Shown: positions 33,409 through 46,555 of the stretch, one piece after another | Numbering within the stretch: position 1 is the stretch's first letter | How the letters are laid out: every line of letters starts with the position of its first letter | Origin: Octopus sinensis | Lineage: Eukaryota | NCBI RefSeq assembly: GCF_006345805.1 | Contig: NC_043010.1 | Location: forward strand, 25,978,001 to 26,042,000 | Length of the DNA: 64,000 nt | Direction: 5' to 3' | Notes under the pieces: generated by a model | Database searches by the model: none | What the model was told of the DNA's origin: nothing | The model's input: only the letters and a program-made list of their open reading frames with translations | Translations under genes and position numbers: made by a program

Positions 33409-34199
33409 TTTCCCTGCTGGTATAGGTTGGACAGTTTGATTGAGAGCTGGCAAGCCAGAAGGCTGCCCCAGGCTCCTATCTGATTTGGCAATGTTTCTAC
33501 AGCTGGATACCCTTCCTACTACTTGGTGTGTTTACATCCCAATAACTTAGCGGTTCGGCAAAAGAGACTGATAGCGTAAACACCAGGATTAAGAAAAAAA
33601 ATAAGTACCGGGTTTGTTTTGTTCAACTAAAATTCTTCAAGGCTGTGCCCCAGCATGACCGCGAAGTAATGACTGAAGCAATTTTAAAAATAAATAATGA
33701 TGAGAGAATCAATAAATACCTGAACAATATTGCACAAGATCAGGCATGAAAAATTAACAAATTGTTTGAGAATAAATTATTCAGAGATGACAGAACCACA
33801 GGAAAAGAACAACTCACCTTTGTAAGCAGCAACAGCAGCAAGATATGGTGAGGTGAACGAGGGATTTGTCTACTTGTAGTACCAAATTCAAGTGCCGTCT
33901 CATTGGCACCCATGCTGGTGGCATGTAAAAAGCACCATTCAAGTGTGGCTGATGCCAGTACCGCTTGACAGGCTCCCATGCCAGTGGCAAGTAAAAAGCA
34001 CCCACTAAACTCTTGGAGTGGTTGGCGTTAGGAAGGGCATCCAGCTGTAGAAACTTTGCCAGATTGTATTGGAGTCTGGTGCAGCCTTCTGGCTCGCCAG
34101 CCCTCAGTCAAACCGTCCAACCCATGCCAGCATGGAAAGCAGATGTTAAACGACGACAATGATCATGATCAGTGTTGTCAAGTTTATCTTTCTTCAGAT

Positions 34200-36240
34200 A
34201 CACACTAAAACGTGGCAAAAGAATAGCACCTCAGCATGGTTTTTCTCAAGCCTTTTATTTTTAATGGTTTTGTTTGGCGGAAAGAGAGATGAGAAATGAT
34301 GAGTATGTTGGGAGTGCCTGAGTGGAAGAGACACAAGAACAGCCAATTCTGAGGAACATTGTTGTAGCAATTGGAAAGACAAAGCAGACAGCACACCTAA
34401 GAGTCAACAGTCAGAGAATGTCCATGAGCGATTTAACAGTAATAAGCTGAATGACCAGTGTCTCTGGATGTAGTTGAGGATGTGTGAGTGAAGTTGCAGG
34501 TTTTATAGAGTGTGTTTGTGTATAGGTGAGCTGCTAGATGCAGGAGGAAAGAGTGAGAGAAAGTTATGGCAAAAGAGTCAGCAGAAGTTCGCCATTACCT
34601 TCTGCTGGAGTCGCATGGAGCTTAGGTGTTTTGCTCATAAATACACACATCGCTCGGTCTGAGATTCAAAACTGTAATCCCTTGACCGCGAGTCCGCTGC
34701 TCTAATCACTAGGCCATGTGCTTCCCCTTTATAGAGTGTGGGCAATTGCTGTGGGTGAAATATTTTCTGACCCTAATGGATGCAGATTTTATATACTCTT
34801 ACATAGGAGTAGTTAAGTTGATTACATCAACCCCAGTATATAACTGATACAAATTTTATTAAAAGGCGGTGAGCTGGCAGAAACGTTAGCATGCTGGGTG
34901 AAATGCTTATTGGTATTTCGTCTGCCATTACGTTCTGAGTTCAAATTCCACCGAGGTTGACTTTGCCTTTCATCCTTTCGGGGTCGATAAATTAAGTACC
35001 AGTTATGCACTGGGGTCGATGTAATTGACTTAATCCCTGTCCCCTCTATGTTTAGCCTCTTGTGGGCAATAAAGAAATAAGAAACATTAGCATGCCGGGC
35101 GAAATGCTTAGAGGTATTTCATCTGCCACTACATTCTGAGTTCAAATTCCGCCATGGTTGACTTGTCTTTTCACCCTTTCGGGGTTGATTAAATAAGTAC
35201 CAGTTACACACTGGGGTTGATATAATCGACTTAATCCGTTTGTCTGTCCTTGTTTGTCCCCTCTGTGTGTAGCCCCAGTAAAGAAATAAGATACTTATTT
35301 TATTGACCCTGAAAAGATGATAGGCAAAGTCGACCTTAGTAGATTTTGAATTGAGGATGGAAGGACAGACGAAATGTCACTGAGCATTTTTCCAGGCTAT
35401 GCTAAGAATATGTTTTCACCATGAGATGTCCTCTGAGATAATGACACTCAGCATTTGGAGTGAATTGCAGGAGCTGTAGTTGGGTGTCACTTTAGCTCAG
35501 TGGCAGTGTGGTGTGATGGTGTTTCCTTGAGTTTGTTGTTGTTGTCAATGCTAAAAGAGACAAGATTGACATTACCCTTGCTGGAAGATACTCTCTGGGT
35601 TTCTATTCATGGAATCAGTTCAGCTTTGTTGTGTAGTGTCTAGGTTGTGTGTGGAATGAAGTATGGTTGGGGAAGTTTAGGAAGGAATGAAGGGAAATAA
35701 CAGTTGCATAAGCATTGGTATTAGCAGACATTTTGTATGAAAGAAGACCCAGAGGTAACACGTAGGCCATTGATGTATGGAAGGAGGAGAGTGGGGAACA
35801 ATAATTGAACCCCTAAGGGATACTAGAGTTGATTGAGAGTGGGATGGAAAGGGTTCAAATCAATGCATGCCATAATGGCACAACCTGATACGAAGGTGGG
35901 AGATGAGTGGGATCCGTAAGCAAGAAGTTTTGAAAGAAGATTCCCATGGTAGACATAGTTGAAGGCTTTACTGATGTCTAAAGAAAGAAGCTGGCTTTAA
36001 CTAAACTTCTGTGAAAAGAGAGCATATTGATGAGTAACATGGGAGAGGTGATCTGCAATGGATCTGGCTCTATGGATGCTGCACAAGTGGTCAGTAAGGA
36101 GAGAGTATAAAAGTGAGTGAGATTCAACATATTGGAGACTCTCCTTGTTAATCTCCATTACTTTAGAACAATAGCTCCTAACAATTTGTTGCACCTCCCC
36201 CATCTCTTTTAGGTAACTGTTATGCCAAATGCTCACCTGT
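34200..36240 (-). mobile_element. Old CR1/Jockey-group LINE fragment interrupted by SINEs
   Basis: SQLLSLDISKAFNYVYHGNLLSKLL at about 35900-36000, SEDISW at about 35420, C-terminal CSSELA..PLR at about 34300. Confidence 0.65.
34862..35290 (+). mobile_element. SINE family 2, one full and one partial copy in tandem
   Basis: GGCGGTGAGCTGGCAGAAACGTTAGC head, B-box-like GAGTTCAAATTCC, GACTTTGCCTTTCATCCTTTCGGGGTCGATAAATTAAGTACCAG core. Confidence 0.8.
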
Positions 36241-36802
36241 GTGGTGAGCGTTTGACATTATTATTAAACTAACTCAACATGAATGATAATCTATAGATTT
36301 TACTCTAAAGATGGACTGCATAAGCTTTTAACAATGAAATGTTAAAAAATTAAAAGACAAAAGTTGCAAATTTACTTTTGGCTGTGTGGTAAGCAGCTTG
36401 TTTACCAACCACATGGTTCCAGGTTCAGGTCCCACCATGCAGCACTTCGGGCAAGTGTCTTCTACTATAACCTCAGACTGACCAAAATCTTGTGAATGGA
36501 TTTGGTAGGTGGAAACTGAAAGAAGCCCATCATATATATATATATATATGTGTGTGTGTATGTGTTTATCCCCCCATCATCGCTTGACAACCGATGTTGG
36601 TGTGTTTACGCCACCATTACTTAGCAGTTCGGCAAAAGGGACCGATAGAATACACACTAGGCTTACAAAGAATAAGCCCTGGGGTCGATGTGTTCAACTA
36701 AAGGTGGTGCTCCAGCATGGCCTCAGTCAAGCTAATGAATTCCCTGTGCCTGACGAGATCTCATTTTATTTTAATAACCGTTACTAGTTTTATCACGATT
36801 TA

Positions 36803-37339
36803 TTAGGTTGAGGAAAAAGTTTGTGCACCATGTTAAAATAATGATTTTTTATGTAAAAATTTATTCAAAAACAACAATTATTCTTCAAAATAAAGACCAT
36901 CATATTCCACAACCTTCTGCCAAAGATCTGCAAGCTTTTGGATTTGGTCAAAGTACCAATCCTTTGGCTTTGAATTCAAAAATTCTTGACAGGCTTCTTC
37001 AACTTCATTGAATGACTCAAATAGGTGACCTTTCATAAAGTGCTGCACTGATTGGAAGAGACCATAGTCAGATGGAACAACATCTGGACTATTGGCCAAA
37101 TGCAGCAGAACTTCAACATCATCCAATACTTCTTTCTTGTTGCTGGTCTTTCTGGTGGTATGCGGCTTTCCATTGTCTTATCAAAACAAAGTGCATTTTC
37201 GACGAACAAGTCTTGTGTACATACATAGAGTGACCCTCCATTGAGTACGACATGAACTGAATGAACACACACACCACAAAAATATATAAAAAATAAAGCA
37301 TGATTTTAACACAGTGCACAAACTTTTTCCTCAATCTAA
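36803..37339 (-). mobile_element. Internally deleted mariner (MITE) retaining the transposase C-terminus
   Basis: TA|TTAGGTTGAGGAAAAAGTTTGTGCAC TIRs; NSPDVVPSDYGLF..YFEE* matches the YSPDLAPSDY-type motif. Confidence 0.88.
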
Positions 37340-37628
37340 TAATTTGTTGTTGTTTGTTCCTCTTCTCGAGCCATGCCTGGCTTATAAGGGCCGATTTCCT
37401 AGTTTCCTTGCCGTATAGGTTACCCCACCTGGACGGGATGCCGGTCCGTCGCAGGTGAGCTGCAAGATGCAGGAGGAAAGAGTGAGAGAAAGTTGTGGTG
37501 AAAGAGTCAGCAGAAGTTCGCCATTACCTTCTGCCGGAGCTTAGGTGTTTCATTCATAAACACACACATCGCCTTGTCTGAGATTCGAACCCACAATCCC
37601 TCGACCGCTGCTATAACCACTAGACCAT
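37340..37628 (-). mobile_element. tRNA-derived SINE, family 3 (further copy at about 34490-34725)
   Basis: Reverse complement of the head at 39599, (AAC)n tail. Confidence 0.7.
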
Positions 37629-38667
37629 GTGCCTCCACATAATCTAATAATTACTACTATAGGTAAAATTTAGTATGCTAATTACGTTACTTTAATCACC
37701 CATTAAAATTCTAATCCTCCTCTCAATATGCCCAGTTCCCCCTTTGGAGCACCACCCACATTAAGAACCTCTGCCTTAGACTATTAGAAGTGAGTGTAAA
37801 AGAGCAATAGCTGCAGGGTGAGAGCTGTTGCTTTCAACTCTGCTAACTATTGCACTCATTTCTAATATTATTCTAAAGTACCCTGGAGAGTGCTTTCAAA
37901 TGTCAGAGTATATACCTGTAATAATTGAGAAATTACAGTTTGGTAAGTATAGGAACAAGTTCTGTGGTGCAAGGCATGGGACCATGGGGGTAGGTGGCAG
38001 AGGCAGTATGGGTCATGAAAAGAGAAGAGATCATTTTAATTGTGGTAGCTGAGCCGAACCATCCTCAAATCAGTCTATCATCTTAGAAAAGAAAAATGAG
38101 TGGTGCACTTAGATATGATGGTCCTAGATGTCCTGTTGAGGAAAAGATAGGATGGTCATGGTTGGAATCCATTAATTGGCAAAGGTCTATACCAGTGGTT
38201 CTCAACCACTTTTTGGCTTGTGAATCCCTTAGATTTCTATTTTACTCATTTAGTCATTCAATGTATATAAAATAAAATAAAATAAAGATTGGCTTTTGAA
38301 AGTGTGATCCAACCATAGACAAGTGAGATCATATTTAGACCCTCTTCTACCACAAAGAACTTCAACCTCCACATATCATCATCATTTTGGTATGTTTGCA
38401 TGGGCTAGAAAGAATTTGTTGTAACAAAATTTTCTGTAGTTGGATGCTCTTTATGCCACCAACCCTTGCCTGCTTTCAAGCAGGGTAATATTTCTCCTGG
38501 ACCAGACATGTTTGTTTAGAACAGTGATTCTCAACCATGTCTTGCCTATGGACCCCTCTCATTCCCATTTTACTCCACTGGACCCCCATGTTAAAAAACA
38601 AAACACTATTATATTTTTATAATTGTTAGAAACTGTATAAAAAAGAAATTGTTAAAATGTTTTTACT

Positions 38668-39410
38668 CTTTTACTTGTTTCAGTCACTTGACTGCGGCCA
38701 TGCTGGAGCACCGTCTTCAGTCAAGTAAATTGACCCCCAGAACTTATTCTTTGTAAGCCGAGCACTTATTCTATCAGTCTCTTTTGCCGAACCGCTAAGT
38801 TACGGGGACATAAACACACCACCATTGGTTGTCAAGCGATGTTGGGGGGACAAACACATATATATATATACATATATGATGAGCTTCTTTCAGTTTCCAT
38901 CTACCAAATCCACTCACAAGGCTTTGGTCGGCCCAAAGCTATAGTAGAAGATACATGCCCAAGGTGCCAAACCTGGAACCATGTGGTTGGTAATCAAGCT
39001 ACATACCACACAGCTACTCCTGTGCCTTTTGTGTATTACTCTCTTTCTCTTTTACTCATTGCAGTCATTTGACTGTGGCCATGCTGGAGCACCACCTTTA
39101 GTTGAGCAAATTGACCCCAGGACTTATTTTTTGTAAGCCTAGTACTTATTCTATCGGCTTCTTTTGCTGAACCGCTAAGTTACGGGGATGTAAACACACC
39201 AGCATCCATTGTCAAGCAATATTGGGGGAGGGGGGGAAACAGAGACACACATACATACGATGGGCTTCTTTCAGTTTCCATTTACCAAATCCACTCACAA
39301 GGCTTTGGTTGGCCCAAAGCTATAGTAGAAGATACTTGCCCAAGTTGCCACGCAGTGGGACTGAACCTAGAACCATGTGGTTGGTAAGCAAGCTACTTAC
39401 CACACAGCCA
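38668..39410 (-). mobile_element. Two tandem SINE family 1 copies
   Basis: 38668-39035 and 39048-39410 match 4561-5010; further copies at about 36380, 52555, 57425, 59540 and 63105. Confidence 0.8.
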
Positions 39411-39598
39411 AGTATAACAAATTGATTGCAGATAAATTTTTTAACAACAAATTCTTCTATGGATCCCTAAGGTTCATACAGATCCCAGTAAAGAACTACT
39501 AGTCTAGAAGACTGGAAACATGACACCACTTGTATGACGGTGATACTTGTTTACAACAATCACATGCACATATATTTGTACAGCTATATACAAATATA

Positions 39599-39895
39599 TG
39601 GAGGTGCAATGGCCCAGTGGTTAGGGCAGCGGACTTACGGTCGTAGGATCGCGGTTTCGAATCCCAGAACAGGTGTTGTGAGTGTTTATTGAGCGAAAAC
39701 ACCTAAACCTTCATGAGGCTCCCACAGGGGGTGGTGGCGAACCCTGCTGTACTCTTTCACCGCAACTTTCTTCTGTTGACCTGCTTGCTTAGCCAGCGGA
39801 GTGGCATCCTTTGAAGGCTAAAACAATGCAAAGCGCATTGTGACCAGCGATGTGTATCAACATCTGATAGCCTGGTCGGTCACGTAATCACGTGA
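39599..39895 (+). mobile_element. tRNA-derived SINE, family 3
   Basis: GGAGGTGCAATGGCCCAGTGGTTAGGGCAGCGGACT..GGTTTCGAATCCC tRNA-like head with A and B boxes. Confidence 0.75.
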
Positions 39896-40425
39896 TATAC
39901 AAACATATATGTGTTAGGCATAGGAAGAATTTGTTATATGCAAGAGAGAAGACTGCACTGGTTTGGTCATGTGATATGAATGGATGCTGACAGTTCCATA
40001 AAGAAGTGGTGATCTCTCAAAGTGGATGGAACATGTGGAAGTGAGAGACCCAGGATGACATGGAATGAAGTATTGCAGATTCTTCCAGGTGAAATGACGA
40101 AGGAGATACCTGGTGCCTGGTCATATTCAAGAAGACCCGTACCCTGCAGCAGGTGTTAAGACCGACTCTTCTGGTTGTGTAAAGCACCCATGGTAGTGCC
40201 ACTTGAAAGAGCCTATGTGGTGACAAATAGAAGTGCCTGTGCAATGCCACATAAAAACATTCATTAAACTCTGTAAAGTGGTTGGTATTAGGAAGGGTAT
40301 CCAGCTGTAGAAACCATGCCAAAGCAGACTTGAGTCTGGTGCACCCCGCCCACAACCAACTGCCAGCTCTGGTCACACCATCTAACCCATGCCAGCATGG
40401 ACAACAGACGTTAAATGATGATGAT

Positions 40426-40493
<68 letters not shown>

Positions 40494-41199
40494 CATACAC
40501 ACACGTATGTACATGTGTATTAGGAAGGATGATAGCATTAGTTGTGATATGGATAAGAATAAAAACAAGAGAAAATACCACTTGGTGCTAGATTATGTCC
40601 CTTTGTGTCAAGGTTGTTTCGCTTCTCCTCCTTCTAAGATCAATAAAATAATGTACTGAGTCAAAGGTTTCAATGCCCAATTAAAAGACGCACACAAACA
40701 CAACACAACAGTGCCTCAGCATGACTTCAATCCTAAATGGTTGCAACCATCAAGAGAAAGACATGAATTCTACAGTTGACCCAGCTGTGGTTGACAAACA
40801 TAATACAAAACAGGTGTTACATGTTGCATAGATTAAAGATCAAAAACAATGATTTAAAATAATGCAAAATAAATTCTGAACTAAATTTATTCAAGAGTAA
40901 TTTGAATACAGTCTATCACAACAATTGTTAGTTAAAATTTTTTTTGTCCTTTAGTAAGTTTTGTCGATAAGTTTTAAAACAAAAATAAAATTTAAAAAAG
41001 AAAAAAAAATTGGTCAGTATATTATTTCTTGCCTCTTTTGGTCAAGAGGGAGGGAAAAATAAAGACTGATATACCATTTTTCTTTTTTCATTTTTTTGGG
41101 GGCAATTTAAAAAAAAAAGATCTTAGGGATTTCTGATTTCATATATATAAAAAATTAAACAGCATTAAAAAAATAAAGAGAAAAAGGCAAGCAAAACAA

Positions 41200-41220
41200 C
41201 CAAACTATATATGTGTGTGA

Positions 41221-41270
<50 letters not shown>

Positions 41271-41570
41271 GTATGTGTATACATATACACACATACGTAT
41301 ATATAAGTACATGAATATGTACTTATATGTGCATATATATATATATATATATGCACATATATGTATATACATATATGTATGTACATATATATATATATAC
41401 ACATACATATATGTATGCATATATATATGCATGTACATAAGTATATATACATATATGTAATCTATATGTGCATATATATACATATATACACTTGTATATG
41501 TTTATCTCAACATATATGTAAATATATATATATATACACATATATATATATGTATATTTATATATTATAA
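41200..41570. repeat. Compound (TA)/(TG)/(CA) microsatellite
   Basis: Direct reading; source of the spurious YIYI ORFs. Confidence 0.9.
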
Positions 41571-42070
41571 ACATCTTAATACATGTTTGTGTGGGACTAT
41601 GTGTCTTGTATACTATTATATGTGTGTTTGTATGTGTGTGCGCATGCATGTAAATACATGTTCTGTATCTATATAATCGTATGCATGAATGTGCTTATAT
41701 TGATGATATATTTGAATTGTAACTTCAGTATTACAGACCTGTAAGATGTTGGTGATATATATGTGAGAAAGCAAGATATGTTTAGTGTAAACATGTACAT
41801 ATTTTAAAAAATGGGGTCCTTACTTCATTAAAAAAAAGAATCAGCCAAAATTGTTGTATGGAAACAGATCAAAGATAGATAAGAGAAACTCCCCCCTCCC
41901 CTCCACCAAAAAAAAAACATCTCTTCTGATTTTTTGTCATTACAACAATTTTGCTGTTTCTTCATTTTCTTATTTCGTTGTATTTTGCTGTATGTATACA
42001 TGCACACACACATACATATATATAGATAATATGCATGTTTTATATATATATATGTAAAATGCATATATTT

Positions 42071-42122
<52 letters not shown>

Positions 42123-42222
42123 ATATGCATATAATATATATAAAGGATGCTCTAAGCACAGAACTTTCTTTAGTTAATACTCATTTCCATGTCTAGTAAG
42201 AGACTGGGAAGTATCATTTTTA

Positions 42223-43353
42223 CTATAAGCCTGGCTGTAAAGTACCATATACCTGAGAAGGCTGAGAGAGAGCATATCTCTGGGGGTGTGGTGTACTGTA
42301 TTCCTGAGCCTGTGTTTTGGAGTAAGCAGTAGATTGTGGTGTGCTGTACAGCTGAGGTTGTGTCATGTTATTCAACTGCGACATTGGCGAGGTGTTGTAC
42401 AGCAAAGGAGAGCTGTACAGCTGTGTTGGTGGCGTGTTGTACAGTGGTGACTGTAGCATGTTATACCGCTGTGAACACTGCATCTTGTAGACATCTGACT
42501 GTGACAAACTGCACATTTGTGTCTCCGGTGTACCAAAGACGTCAGGCTGCTGTCTGTTATACACCTGCAACGGTGGTGTGCTGCACTTTGCTGACTGAGG
42601 TGTATTGTACAGCTCTGATGGCAATGTGCTGCTCAATAAAGATTGTGATGATTTGTACATTTTTGACAGCGGTGAAGTACATTCAGCAGTTGGTGGAACA
42701 CTGTATTTTGGTGACAAAGGTGAAGAACTTTTCGGTGACTGTGGACTGGTGTACTTCTTGGATAGAGATCCACTGCTTTCTGGCAATTGTGCTGCTTTGC
42801 TTATTTGCGGTTCTTGCTTGTCATATTGTGCAAGTGGTAGGCTGTTCATCTGTGAAGGTGGAGTACTGTACATTTTGGCAAGTGGCGAGCCATACATTTG
42901 CGACTGAGGAGTAGCATACATCTGTGCCTGAGGAGAGGCATACATTTTAGACAATGGACTACCATACATTTGCGCTTGTGCTGCACTATGCATCTGAGTC
43001 TGTGGTGTACCATACATTGATGATTGTGGTGAGCTGTACATTTGAGACGGCTGAGAGATGTACACCGATGACTGGTGTGGAGAATTGTACATGTCTAGCT
43101 GTGGTACATTGTACATCTGTGAAGGGGGTGTGCCGTACATCTGCGACATGTTGTAGCGTTGTGCTGCCTGAGCCCTACTGTACATAGGTGACAAAGCACT
43201 TTTATTCATTTCAGACAGCTGTGTGTTATATTTTTGCAACACAGGTGTACAGTACATGTCTGGCTGTTTAGAATTCAATGATTGTGGTTGTGGGCTGCTA
43301 TACATTTTTGATGGTGGCGTGCTATACATCTGCAGTAATGATGTATTGCTCAT
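42223..43353 (-). CDS. Large exon encoding a low-complexity S/P/Q/Y/M-rich octapeptide-repeat region (exon may end at the CAG|GTATAT donor at 42253)
   Basis: Uninterrupted 376-codon ORF in AT-rich DNA, 24-nt periodicity, about 40-45 units such as MYSTPPSQ; opposite-strand frames are broken. Confidence 0.75.
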   Translation of the reverse strand: MSNTSLLQMYSTPPSKMYSSPQPQSLNSKQPDMYCTPVLQKYNTQLSEMNKSALSPMYSRAQAAQRYNMSQMYGTPPSQMYNVPQLDMYNSPHQSSVYISQPSQMYSSPQSSMYGTPQTQMHSAAQAQMYGSPLSKMYASPQAQMYATPQSQMYGSPLAKMYSTPPSQMNSLPLAQYDKQEPQISKAAQLPESSGSLSKKYTSPQSPKSSSPLSPKYSVPPTAECTSPLSKMYKSSQSLLSSTLPSELYNTPQSAKCSTPPLQVYNRQQPDVFGTPETQMCSLSQSDVYKMQCSQRYNMLQSPLYNTPPTQLYSSPLLYNTSPMSQLNNMTQPQLYSTPQSTAYSKTQAQEYSTPHPQRYALSQPSQVYGTLQPGL

Positions 43354-44197
43354 TTGTCAGAGATGTCTTAAAAAGTTTGTCAAAGTAGTAGCGCCTTTAC
43401 AACAAAAAAAGAGTTTGTATTTTAAATAGTATATTTACCAAAACACTTGATTTGGGCAGGCCAATAAGATATCCAACTCTGTTAAAATATTTCAATTTCT
43501 TGCCAACACTACTTTGGGTGTCAATTACATAATTTGACCCTATTCCAGATACTGAATTTAACAGCAGGATCTATTTTTCTTTTTTTTTTTTTTTTCACAG
43601 AATATATTTCCTTTTTCAAATATTTCGTGTTGAATTTTCACAAAAATCGTTCCAGTTAGTTTTTCCTTTTTCATTTAGAAAGAAAATCTTTCTGATATAA
43701 TTGTGAAATGATTTTTTTTCCTTTGTGTCAATTTCGTCAAGAAATATAATAAAAATTATAAAGTATATATGTACAACAAATGTATAAATTCCTTTAAAAT
43801 AATTTCAATTCGCCAGCAAAATTAATTAGTGTAAATTGCATCAGAATGAACCAGATGTGATCTATAAGCAAGATTTTTTTTCTTATTTAAAAAATTTTAT
43901 AGACTCAACGTATATTATTTTAACAGATTCGATTGTTTCCCTCAATTTAAATCATTTATATAAGTTATGTTTAAGTAGTAGGAACTTAAACGAAAATAAT
44001 AATGATGATGTTTCTTTATAATAAAATAATATTAATAGCAGAAGGGAAGATAAAACAACTCAGTGCTCATTAGAATTTCAATGGTAGATATATTTTTCTC
44101 TTTAAAAATGCTAACTGAAGATGAATGAAGCTAAAAATAAAGAAATGGGCTAAAAGTTAAGTGAAACCTCCAGCAGAAGATATAATATTTCACATAC

Positions 44198-44268
44198 AAG
44201 TTCCGTTGAAGACAGATGCAACTCTACAATATCAACTGAATCTACTTTTTTCTTCTCCTCCTGCTTCA
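44198..44268 (-). CDS. Candidate exon (xKQEEKKKVDSVDIVELHLSSTEL) of the same minus-strand gene
   Basis: tttcttgaaag acceptor, gtatgt donor, only one open frame, phase 1 to phase 0. Confidence 0.45.
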
Positions 44269-45108
44269 CTTTCAAGAAATACAAAATGATTTTTTTTTCT
44301 TTTTTTAGAATTTTACTTGTTATATAAACATTTAAAAAAATAATGAAAAAGAAAAGAAAAGCCCAACTTTTTTCTGTTAAAGCAACGCAAACAGCTAAAC
44401 TATATATTTAAAAAAAAAATGTAATAACTTTCATTGTTCTGTTAGTTTCTGAAATGGTAATAAGTTGATATATATATATATATAATGTATGTGTGTATAA
44501 TATATATATATATATTTATCTATCTATGTTCTTTCTCTCTTTTAGCATCAAAAGAAAATATCGAAAATTATAGAAAGCACAGATTATCAAGAGATAATTA
44601 TCATAATCCTTAAAAATCTCACGATTAACAAGAACAAATTAATAATAAATAAATATTAGCACTTTTGATTCAAAATTTAGCCGAAATCTTGATGGGAAAA
44701 CTAGCTTTATTTCTTCAACAAAGCGCATCCAATATTTCTAAGAATGGAGTTCTCATCATTGTTCGCAATTACATCTTACCTATTCCCTCACTCTATTGCG
44801 GTTTTGTAATTCTATCCAATATCAAAAATGTCTTATTCCTTAATTATTTATTTTTTTTCGTTTAGCTTAAAATAATTTTTCAATTCAAACGAATATTCAA
44901 AAAGAGATAGAGACAATGTGTTTTTTTTTAAGTATAAATTCTACAATGGGTAATGATGGTGGATACCTAAGTTAATTTGTTAAGAATAAATAGTAAATAA
45001 GAATATTATATATATAAAAAAAAACAACTTAATTTAAGAATAATTCAATATTTCCTGTGCATTGTTGTCTGTCAGAAATAAATGTCATAGAGTCCTCCTC
45101 TCCTTTAC

Positions 45109-45179
45109 TGCTCGTCTTGGGGCTTGCGAGCATTTAGGTTAATGAGAGAAAATGTGTTAAAAGTTGTTCGGAATGAAAC
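45109..45179 (-). CDS. Candidate 5' exon with ATG at 45133 (MLASPKTS)
   Basis: Strong acceptor gtctctttcag; weak donor gtaaag gives phase 1, compatible with 44268. Confidence 0.25.
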
Positions 45180-46504
45180 CTGAAAGAGACAATAAACCAA
45201 CAACTATACCATCATCATCAACTAATAAGAAAATATATACCAGCGAGGGAGTCTCGACTTGCTAGATATAATAGCCAAATCTCCTTCGAATCATACTAAT
45301 ACTGTTTTAGTAAATGAAGGACACACTGAATAATGTAGTCCAAGATATATAATGAGACGGGGTGGTTACTGCTGGAGCGTCTTTGGTCGATCGCAGTACG
45401 GATCGATCTGGATTGAGCTGGGAGCTTTACAAAAAATACAAAAAGTGTGGGTCAATACAAGGCGAGAAGAGAATATAAAAAAAACCCCCACAAAAAACCA
45501 GTAAAAGAGATAAGAAAACCGGCAAACTGATTGCTTTTTTTTTTGTTATTTTTTTTCCAATACTTCTTTTGAGATAAATGTGTGTGTGTGTGCTATTGTT
45601 TTGTTTTTCTTCACAGCTTTTCGTTGTCTCCAGCTCCCAGACAAAAATCGGTAAAATTCCCTGTCAGACGTCGTCGACAGCCAACAATAAAATTAATCCA
45701 TCCGAGAGTTGTTGAAACAAGAATAAAATAAAATAAATCTTCAGCCGAGATGGCTACGAGCGGTAAAAAAAATGCCCTCCCAAAAAGGGAACTCGACAAG
45801 AGATTCTACACAACGGCAATAACAAAAGAGTAATTAATAATAATAACTATAACTTTTGCTGCAGTTATTGTTTTAGTTGTTGCAGGAGAAACACTTTAAC
45901 CCTTTCTCTCCTGTCACGTCATCATAGGATCTTTTCCCTCTATCTCTCTTCTTTTTCTTTTAAGCAACTTTTCTAACAGAACAAAGCACTGGATGGGTCT
46001 GATGTCTGGCAACTCCTTTCTTTTCACCCCTATTTTTTTTTTTTTTTTTAAATAATAATCCTTGCTTTTCTTCTTATGTTAAATTTTTTTGGGGGAAGAA
46101 AATAAAAGCACCAGTAACAGTACAGAGGCTTGATCCCTTTTTAAGGCATATATATGTGTATCAAATATATACACACAAGATAGATATAATATATAAGAGA
46201 TATATAATATATATGTGTGCGTGCGTGTGTGTCTAGTGAGGTGTCAGCCTATCACCGTTCACCTTCGAAGCAAATAAAACATTTCTAAATTCATGTCAAC
46301 GCAAAGAGTCCTGCCAACAATTGGCTGGCTTGGCCGGCAAGGGAGATAACTGCCGACGACTCTCATATCTCTTACTCTCTCTCTCTCGTTTCCCTCTCAC
46401 TTTCTATATTCATCTCACATAAACTACGAAGAACAGGCACACACACACACAAAAATAAAAACATAAACAAATATATAATTATATACACATAAAACAAAGC
46501 TAGA

Positions 46505-46555
46505 GCGACGCGTTGATGACGTCACGCCAAAGCGGTGTCTTGTCACGTGACCGGT
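46505..46555. promoter_or_regulatory. Probable promoter: CRE (TGACGTCA, 46517-46524) and 10-bp E-box palindrome (GTCACGTGAC, 46542-46551)
   Basis: Local CpG cluster in AT-rich DNA, upstream of the minus-strand exons. Confidence 0.55.

Noticed and set aside
39599-39670. Functional tRNA genes at SINE heads (also 5729 and 34862)
   Set aside because: They continue into SINE bodies and tails and do not close a proper acceptor stem
42223-43353. Reflectin
   Set aside because: Met/Tyr-rich, but it lacks the M/F-D-x5 reflectin motif and the Asp/Arg richness
42336-43429. Plus-strand Cys-rich and GGVLYI-repeat ORFs (42336-42914, 42605-42907, 42954-43187)
   Set aside because: Antisense shadows of the 24-nt periodic minus-strand ORF; they are interrupted by stops while the minus frame is continuous
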